Below, piece by piece: positions 56,379 to 64,000 of a stretch of DNA of 64,000 bases. Source of the stretch: Blastocystis sp. Blastoise (taxonomy: Eukaryota > Protista > Bigyra: Opalinata). The notes under the pieces are model-generated. The model saw only the letters and a list, made by a program, of their open reading frames with translations. It searched no databases and was not told where the DNA came from. Within the stretch, counting starts at the first letter, position 1; each line of letters opens with the position of its first letter. The translations under genes were made by a program, and so were the position numbers. The stretch is from NCBI GenBank assembly GCA_039096225.1, contig JBBPEB010000007.1:930001-994000 (forward strand), given 5' to 3'.

Positions 56379-57211
56379 ATATGAATTTATTTTATATAAT
56401 TATACAGTTATTATAATCCTATGTTATTTAAATATTTCTATTGCTCAATTATTCATTTCATTAATATATCTTTCTTATATACATATTTTCATGTTTAATT
56501 ATTACGTTTCATGAATTCATTCATATTATTATACTATTATTACTAATAAATCATTGTCCAAATCACTTTAAAGTTTGTCACTTCTTATCCTCTATACATA
56601 TTGAATCATATTTATTATGATGTGTATTGTTATTCGTTTTAATACCGTTGTAGGCAACAAACAAAATTTTTAGAGAGATTGAGTAATAAAAAAAGTTGAT
56701 TCTAGTAAAAAAATATATTAGCTGACTTCTCATATATTTTAGGCACTCTAACATTATTTTCCCACTTTTTACGATGAAAAATAGAAAACGATTCAAAATG
56801 CAACTGATTTTCTAATTTAAAAGCTTATTATTCTTTAGTTTACAACTTTCCTATCTTGTTAGAAAAAGATGTATATACATATAAACATTCAATCCATTTT
56901 TCTAATAAAAAAAGTAAATAACTCTAAACTCTGCTGATAATTCCTGAAAAAATTATCGAAAAAGAGTATTACCACGATTATTTATTAGAAATCACGCAAT
57001 AATCTCAAAAAAACCATTTCTCGTTATTTCTTACCCTCAAAAAGTATCTCCTTTCAACAAACTGGATATTATTGGATTTACATATTGGTTCGACCAATGA
57101 GATTAATGCCAGAATTGTTCAACCATAATTTCTTTTTTCTCAAAGTGTCATTTTGATTAAAAAACAACAATACTTTTCTTACATCTACTTATTTGTAGTT
57201 AGTTCCACAGA

Positions 57212-58492
57212 ATGACTGATAAATTTATGCATGAAGTGCTTGTCAAGGATGACGAATTTTGTCACACTATGTGTGAAAAATATGGTGAAGAATTCTTTGC
57301 TAATTTAGGTAAAGGTCAACATCCTGAAATCTTATGGATTGGTTGTTCTGACTCAAGAGTTCCTGCTAGTGATATTCTTGGTCTTGAAGCTGTATATATT
57401 TTATTCATTATTTATTGTTCGCTTTTCATTAGCTTTTTCTTATACGATTCCGCTTGATTTTACTTTTAATATATTTTCTATATCTTGGTCTATATATGAA
57501 TATATCTTTCTTTCTAGGGTCATATTTTTACTCACAGAAATATTGCTAATTTAGTTTCTGATATTGATATTAGTGTTCAAACTGGTATATTTTTATAATT
57601 ATTATTATTTTTATATAATTATATTTTCATTTATGAATCTCTTATAGTTCTTGCTTATGCTGTTGAACACTTAAAAGTTAAACATATTATTCTTTGTGGT
57701 CACAGTCATTGTGGCGGTGTTGATGTAGCTCTTCATGTATATTTTATTATTATTATGTTTAATATGTTTATTATTATGTTTAATATGTTTATTATTATAT
57801 TTATTATTATATTTATTATTATATTTATTATGTTTATTATTATGTTTATTATTATTATTATTATTATCTATAGCCTAGTGAAAATGAAGGTGTTGTTGGT
57901 ACTTATATTCAACCTCTTCGAGATATATTAAATAAACATAAAGAAGAAATTGATTCTTGTGAAACTGATGCTAAGAAATCAAAGACTGCTTGTTGGATCA
58001 ATATGGGATATCAAGTATATTTATTATTATTTATTTATTATTTATAATAGATAAATACATAATTATTATTCTTTATAATATATTATAGGTTAAGAATTTA
58101 ATTAGAAATCCTTATGTCGTTGAAGCTTGGGAAAATGGTCAAGAATTAACTATTCACGGTATTCTCTTCCAGTAAGTGTTTATTCTTTATACATCTTGAA
58201 TATCAATCATATTTTGTTTATTCTATTTATACATTTTGAATATCAACCATTTTTTGTTTATTCTATTTATACATCTTGAATATTAATCATATTTTGTTTA
58301 TTCTATTTATACATCTTGAATATCAATCATATTTTATTTATTCTATTTATACATCTTGAATATCAATCATATTTTGTTTTATTATATATTTATAGTATTA
58401 GTAATGGTAAGATTGAAAAAGATGCTTATGCTGTTTCTTCTTTAGAAGAAGCTAAAAACTTTGAATTAAAGGATGTCAAGCATTATGAATAA
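57212..58492 (+). CDS. Beta-class carbonic anhydrase
   Basis: [46 protein letters not shown]; five introns. Confidence 0.95.
58180..58385. repeat. ~40-bp minisatellite, about five copies, in a beta-CA intron
   Basis: Unit TTATTCTATTTATACATCTTGAATATCAATCATATTTTGT. Confidence 0.9.
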
Positions 58493-58691
58493 ACAAAATA
58501 CCTATTTATATTGTCTATTCACATTGTATATATTTGTTGTTTTCTTTTCTTTTTTTTATGATATAAATATCTATTAAATTTATTAGTCTATTCATTCAGA
58601 AAATTAACAAAACCTAACGTATACATTAATTTTTAAACATTTCATTGCTATAAAGACCCAACAAATAATAAAAAAAGATAAAAACAACTGT

Positions 58692-59248
58692 TTACATGAA
58701 TTTACCTAATACATCAACATCAGAGAACATGTAATATTCAGTTTCTTGCATTTTAATAGGGGTACCACCAAATTCAGGAATTAAAACTCTATATGTTAAA
58801 AATTATGATAAATAATATCATAATAATAAATGCAAAAGATATATAAAATCAAATAAAATATTCACATACCTATCACCTTTCTTGCAATTCATAGGCATTA
58901 ATTTACCATTGTTATCATATCTACCAGGACCAACAGCAATAACCTAAAAAAAATAAAAACATAATTTCGTTTTAAAGACATATCTAAACTAATAATCAAA
59001 AATAGATATCTAATAAGAACAACCATAATATATAAAATAGAAAATAAAAAAAAAAATAGATAAAAATATACTTCAGCTTGATTAGCAGGAGCAATGGATT
59101 TTTCAGGTAATAAAATACCAGAAGCAGTTTTAGCTTGAGGAATAAGTTTCTTGACGATGATACGATCAGCTAAAGGAGCAAGCTTAGCTATACAACTAGC
59201 CTAATAGATAATAAGATAGTTATCAAAATGAAATCATTATAATACCAT
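58692..59248 (-). CDS. HSP10: Mitochondrial co-chaperonin Cpn10/Hsp10
   Basis: LAPLADRIIVKK...KTASGILLPE...EVIAVGPG...KKGDRVLIPEFGG; three introns, the first immediately after the ATG. Confidence 0.95.
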
Positions 59249-59368
59249 TATTTATATTATTCTTTTAGAAAGTTATAACGAAAATAATAATAATCAAAGA
59301 ATCAAATTGATGATGGAACTTCGAGAAAGGACTGTTTTCCCCTTTTGGAATGTTGTTAATAAATGATT

Positions 59369-59383
59369 TTTCTAGAAACTTCA
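59369..59383. promoter_or_regulatory. Heat-shock element upstream of HSP10
   Basis: Perfect three-unit nTTCtaGAAacTTCn about 120 bp upstream of the ATG, plus a two-unit TTCgaGAA near 59320. Confidence 0.6.
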
Positions 59384-59817
59384 GATAAATTATTGGAATT
59401 TCCATGATTATATTGCTTTTATGTTCTTTTCTTCTCTTGTGTTAAATTTTATCATTTCAAAGACTTTCTATGGTAGCAATAGTGTTTTATTTGAAATTCA
59501 TGAGTTTTTATACTTTTTTCATTTAAATCAGTTGATATATCATATATTAAAGACATTTTTAAATGATTAACTAGCAAATGTTTCTCCAAAGACTATTTTT
59601 TTAATTTTATATGCATTGTAATTACTGAATTAGGTTTTTATAATTCCGTTTAACTTGGAAAATCATAACTATAATGATTTGTAAAGAAATATTGATCATT
59701 TTCTTGTAGTAATAAATAAAAGAGAATATTTTTTCATTTTTCAAATAAAAACAAAATCAACTGCATTAATAATATGAGTAATAACTGGTAGAAAGCCAAA
59801 AAAAAAAAAAGAAAATG

Positions 59818-62800
59818 TTAAAAAGTAAGTTCCCCATGACAAGTACCTAAGATATAATCTTTATCATTGAGATGAATAAGAACACCAACTAAAGAGACTT
59901 TCCATTTCCTTTTGACACGATTAATTCTATAGATATACATAAATCAGATAATAAAAAATATATATATTAATATACTTTGTATATTGTGATAAAATGACAT
60001 TCTCAAATAGTTCTTCTTCCTTATCATCATCGTTATCAATATCAGAATCAAAGAGAGTAGTTAATTTATATTTTTGTTCTAAAATAGCTTGTTTTTCATT
60101 AATTAATAGATTTGGATTTTTAATAATTTCCTTATCTTCTTCAGTTAATAAATAATCAGGAATAGGTGGGGAAATATATGTATCAATAAAATATTGAATA
60201 TTGGAATTAGAATAGTTCATATCATATATGTTTAAAGATGATGATACTTGAGAATCTAATGAATTAGAAGAAAATGTTTGTATTTGATTTTTAGAGATAT
60301 TGAATGGATCATGAAGATTAGAAGAAGATGATGATGAAGTCTTACTAGAGTCAATTTGTGTTGATTCTTTATTATTTGATGATAACAAAGAATATGTAGA
60401 AGAAGATGAATTATTCATATTATCTTGTATAGATATAGTTGAGTTTTGAATATTATTTGTAGATGTATCTAAAGAAACAATAGGAATAGGAACAGAAGGA
60501 GATAATAATAATGGTGTTCGTCTTTTTCGTTGTTTATTTGTTCCTGAACTATTATGAATAGAAGTATCAATATTCGAATTTTCTTGTAAAGTAGTAATAT
60601 TGTTGGATTTATTTACTTGTAGTTGTTCATTAATTGGTAGATTTGTATTTATATCAAATAATGAGTTCTTGGTTGACGAAGAAGAAGAAAGTATATTTTG
60701 TTGTACTATAGGAGAAGATGAAGGAAGACGAAAAGAAGATGAAGAAGACGGAGATTGAGAAGGAAGAAAAGAAGAAGAAGAAGAAGATTGAGGAGGAGAA
60801 TGAGGAGGAAGACAAGAGGAAGGAAAAGAAGGTAAAGAAAAAGAATTTATCGATATGGAATCAGATAATATATTATTTGAGGAATTAGTAGAATCGAATA
60901 AAGAACGTTTAGTAGTTAAAGAAGATAAAGAAGGTGATAAAGAAGGCTTTAATGAAGATTGAATACTTGAAGAAGTATCTTCAGAATTTTTATCTATTAT
61001 TTTCTTTATAGCATTTATAGATTGAGTTTGTGTATTATTAGTTGATATTATAGTATTGTTATTATGTATAGACTCAGTTATGAATTCATCATTTTTATTA
61101 TTCTTATCATTTTTAGAAGTTGTTAGTTCTTTATTTTTATTGATTACAGGTTTAATACTAGAAACAGGTTTTATCTTCTTAAGATTTGATTTCAATTTAG
61201 GTTTTTTCAATAACGAAGATATTGATAGAGAATGTTGAATAGAAAAAGATGCATGATCTGAAGTAGCTATAGTGTTTGATGTATCCTTATTAGTATTTGA
61301 AAGTAGTGATGATTGAATAGTTGAATTAGATAATGATTTATTTGGAGGTAAAGTATTCTCTGTTAGATCAAGAGTCATAGAAGATTTATTATCATTAGAA
61401 GTCATGGAAGATTTATTATTATTAGGAATAGCATCAATAGAAGATTTGTTATTATTAGGAATAGAAGATATAGAAGATTTATTATTATTAGGAATAGCAT
61501 CAATAGAAGATATATCATTATTAGAAATAGAAGATATACTTGGAATAGGTGAAGTAACAAATGAAGGAGTATTAAAGTCTTTTAATGTAGTAGAACTACT
61601 AGAATTAGCTTCTTCTTGATTTTTTTGAATAGAATATAATGATGATTGTTTCGATAGATGATTATGTATATTTTGAGATGATTGTACTGTATACTCATTA
61701 TTATTATCCTGTATAGCAGTTGTAGAAGAAATAAGAGATTGATTTGATTTAGAGGATATTGATTTATCAACAAGATTTATTGAATCAATTATATTCTTTG
61801 ATATAGATCCTGTATTTATATGTAGAGAAGAAGAAGAAGCAGAAGAACCAGTATCTATAATTGGTTTTTTGTTCTCTTTATGTAATTTAGATATACTTCC
61901 TATTTTATGTCTTTTGAGAAGAGATGAAATAGAAGGAACAAGAGATGAAGTTATTGTATTTGATTTTATTTTTGATTGTGGTACTTTTGAATCATTTACT
62001 ATAGATAAAGATGAAGGTGTTGATGTAGATACTAATGTATTCGAGTGTTCAGAAGAATAATTTATTGTTTGACTTGATAAAGAAGAAGAAAGAGATGAAG
62101 ATAAGATAGGATTTATAGAAGAAGAAGGAGAAAAAGAAGATAATGGAGATGAAATACTGTTTTTTGTTATTGAGGCTATAGATTGATGTATAGCTATTTC
62201 ATTATTTGAAGAAACTGAATTATTTGATAAAATATTTTCATTATTTATAGTTTTAGATTGAGAAATGTATTTGTTATTTAATGATTTATTTGAATTATTC
62301 ATATTGTTATTTGTTTTATTTGATTGATTCGATAAGTTTTTTGAAGCAACAGGTTTTAAAGGAGGACCAAAAGATGACCTTGAATTATACGTTGAAAAAT
62401 GTTTTCTATATATATATAATCAATATATAATCAATATATAATCAATATATAATCAATATATATTCAATATAAAATAATATATATTCAATATAAAATAATA
62501 TATATTCAATATAAAATAATATATATTCAATATAAAATAATATATATTCAATATAAAATAATATATATTCAATATAAAATAATATATATTCAATATAAAA
62601 TAATATATATTCAATATATAATCAATATATATTCAATATATAATAATATATAATCAATAATAAAAAAACTAAAATCAATATATATATATATACAATAGTG
62701 AAGAAGTTGTTGGAATAGTATGTTTTTTTGCAATTGATTTTTTTAAGTTGTTATTGTTTTCTTCTGAATCGTTAGAATCATGAATACCATCTCCCTACAA

Positions 62801-63310
62801 TACATATAGAAGTTATATAATATACATCAAATATATATAGTATATACTATAAATATGTCACATATTATTATTATATATATATTTACCTGTGGAATAAGAA
62901 GAGTATCTTCATTCCAATCGAACGTATTAGGAGCATTTTGAGATGATTGATGAGGAAGTCGAACTGAAAACAAGTAATTTGTTAATACAAATGGCATATT
63001 TGTAATTGAATCACCTAATTCATTCTATGAAAAAAATATTTATAAAAAGAAGATATAGTAATTCTTTGAGAAATGAAATAATTATGACTACACTTACCTC
63101 TTCTAGACTATCTTTTGTCTCGTTAACAAGAGGCGTTACTACGAGTTCTTCTTGTTTTAAAGAGATTTTCCCCATTTCTTCAAGTTGTTGCTCCCATTTT
63201 GATTTTAAATCATTCAGTGTGTCTTCATATTCATCCCCAATAGTTTCCTTACTTTCTTCAATCACTTCACCTATTACACTGGAATAAAAGGACCTTAAAA
63301 CGTCTTCCAT
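59818..63310 (-). CDS. GTF2A1: TFIIA large (alpha/beta) subunit with a very long Ser/Asn-rich linker
   Basis: N-terminal FYSSVIGEVIEESK...LNDLKSKWEQQL and C-terminal ENVILSQYTKINRVKRKWKVSL...LNDKDYIL..CHGELTF; four introns. Confidence 0.85.
62409..62660. repeat. Intronic minisatellite (10-bp and ~21-bp AT-rich units)
   Basis: ATATAATCAA and ATATATTCAATATAAAATAAT tandem units. Confidence 0.9.
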
Positions 63311-63526
63311 TTTTCTTAATTTCTGAAAGTCAACGTTCTTATGATTGTTCACTATTCCTTATTAATACTTCAATAACTAATAAGCAAAAAGAAACAAAAA
63401 TGTAAAACCAAAAATTTTCATGAATTTTTTTATATAACAGCTTCTTTTTTGCCACTTTTTCATAATTTCAAAACTTTTAATACCCATTATTTGTATTAAA
63501 AGAACTTTGTATTATAATAAATAATA

Positions 63527-64000
63527 ATGTATACATCATCGAGAGTCTATCCTACTTATGAAGAAACATTTCAATCGTCAAAAGCTCCTATTTCTTCTTC
63601 ACTAGGAAATACATATCCTTCATTATCTTCTCAAAGGTACAAGGATCCTGTATTGAGTGCTTCAGCACCAACTTCAGAAGCTTGGTTTCCCCTAAAACAG
63701 ACTACAACTTATTCCACCAATAATCAAAGTTCTGCTATTGCTCCTATTCCAGGAAATCCTAATCAAACTATTCAGAGAGAGATGGGCGATAGAGTTGCTA
63801 CTCGTAATCAATATTATAAGTCTACAGTTGATTTAGATACGATAAACTCTATAGCTACAAGAAAATATGGAGTGAATTCCGATTTCAGACTTGGTTCAAC
63901 AAGTAATATATTTACCGGATTAGATGATCATGGCTTGTCGTTAACTCAATATGTTCAAAAATCAAAATCTTTTCAACCTTCGAATCAAAGTTCTGTAGCT
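63527..64000 (+). CDS. Hypothetical protein, 5' part only (S/T/P-rich)
   Basis: Open frame MYTSSRVYPTYEETFQSSKAP... to the window end, with genome-typical codon use. Confidence 0.65.
   Translation, partial: MYTSSRVYPTYEETFQSSKAPISSSLGNTYPSLSSQRYKDPVLSASAPTSEAWFPLKQTTTYSTNNQSSAIAPIPGNPNQTIQREMGDRVATRNQYYKSTVDLDTINSIATRKYGVNSDFRLGSTSNIFTGLDDHGLSLTQYVQKSKSFQPSNQSSVA

Noticed and set aside
58180-58385. 40-bp repeats as a CRISPR array
   Set aside because: The repeats are tandem with no unique spacers and lie inside a eukaryotic intron.

Overview
This is a very AT-rich, intron-dense eukaryotic nuclear window. The gene families and intron style suggest a Blastocystis-like stramenopile with a mitochondrion-related organelle (inference). 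I spliced the genes by hand and found about 19 protein-coding genes: a secreted Ig-like-repeat protein (partial), a BTB+TLDc protein, mitochondrial rpS18, WDR6/Trm734, CHMP2/Vps2, MCTS1, a USP34/USP9-like ARM protein, the phage-type mitochondrial RNA polymerase (22 introns), a START protein, an orphan, a GT61 glycosyltransferase, Fis1, mitochondrial intermediate peptidase, importin-5, a ubiquitin-like+LRR protein, beta-carbonic anhydrase, Cpn10, an oversized TFIIA large subunit and one partial gene. Most short ORFs in the supplied track are read-through of intronic microsatellites. The main unexplained signals are: (1) a GC-rich, E2F-like motif (WTTCCCGYG, partly palindromic) repeated inside exons in both orientations and in different frames; (2) eight non-canonical splice sites whose odd base always matches the neighbouring exon, which may be a polishing artefact or cDNA conversion; (3) two U12-type introns; (4) two arrays of small, strongly spliced exons with no convincing ORF flanking one gene; (5) (TA)n tracts at both intron ends; and (6) 21 consecutive phase-1 introns across the C-terminal, LRR-containing half of one gene. 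All counts and splice models are manual.
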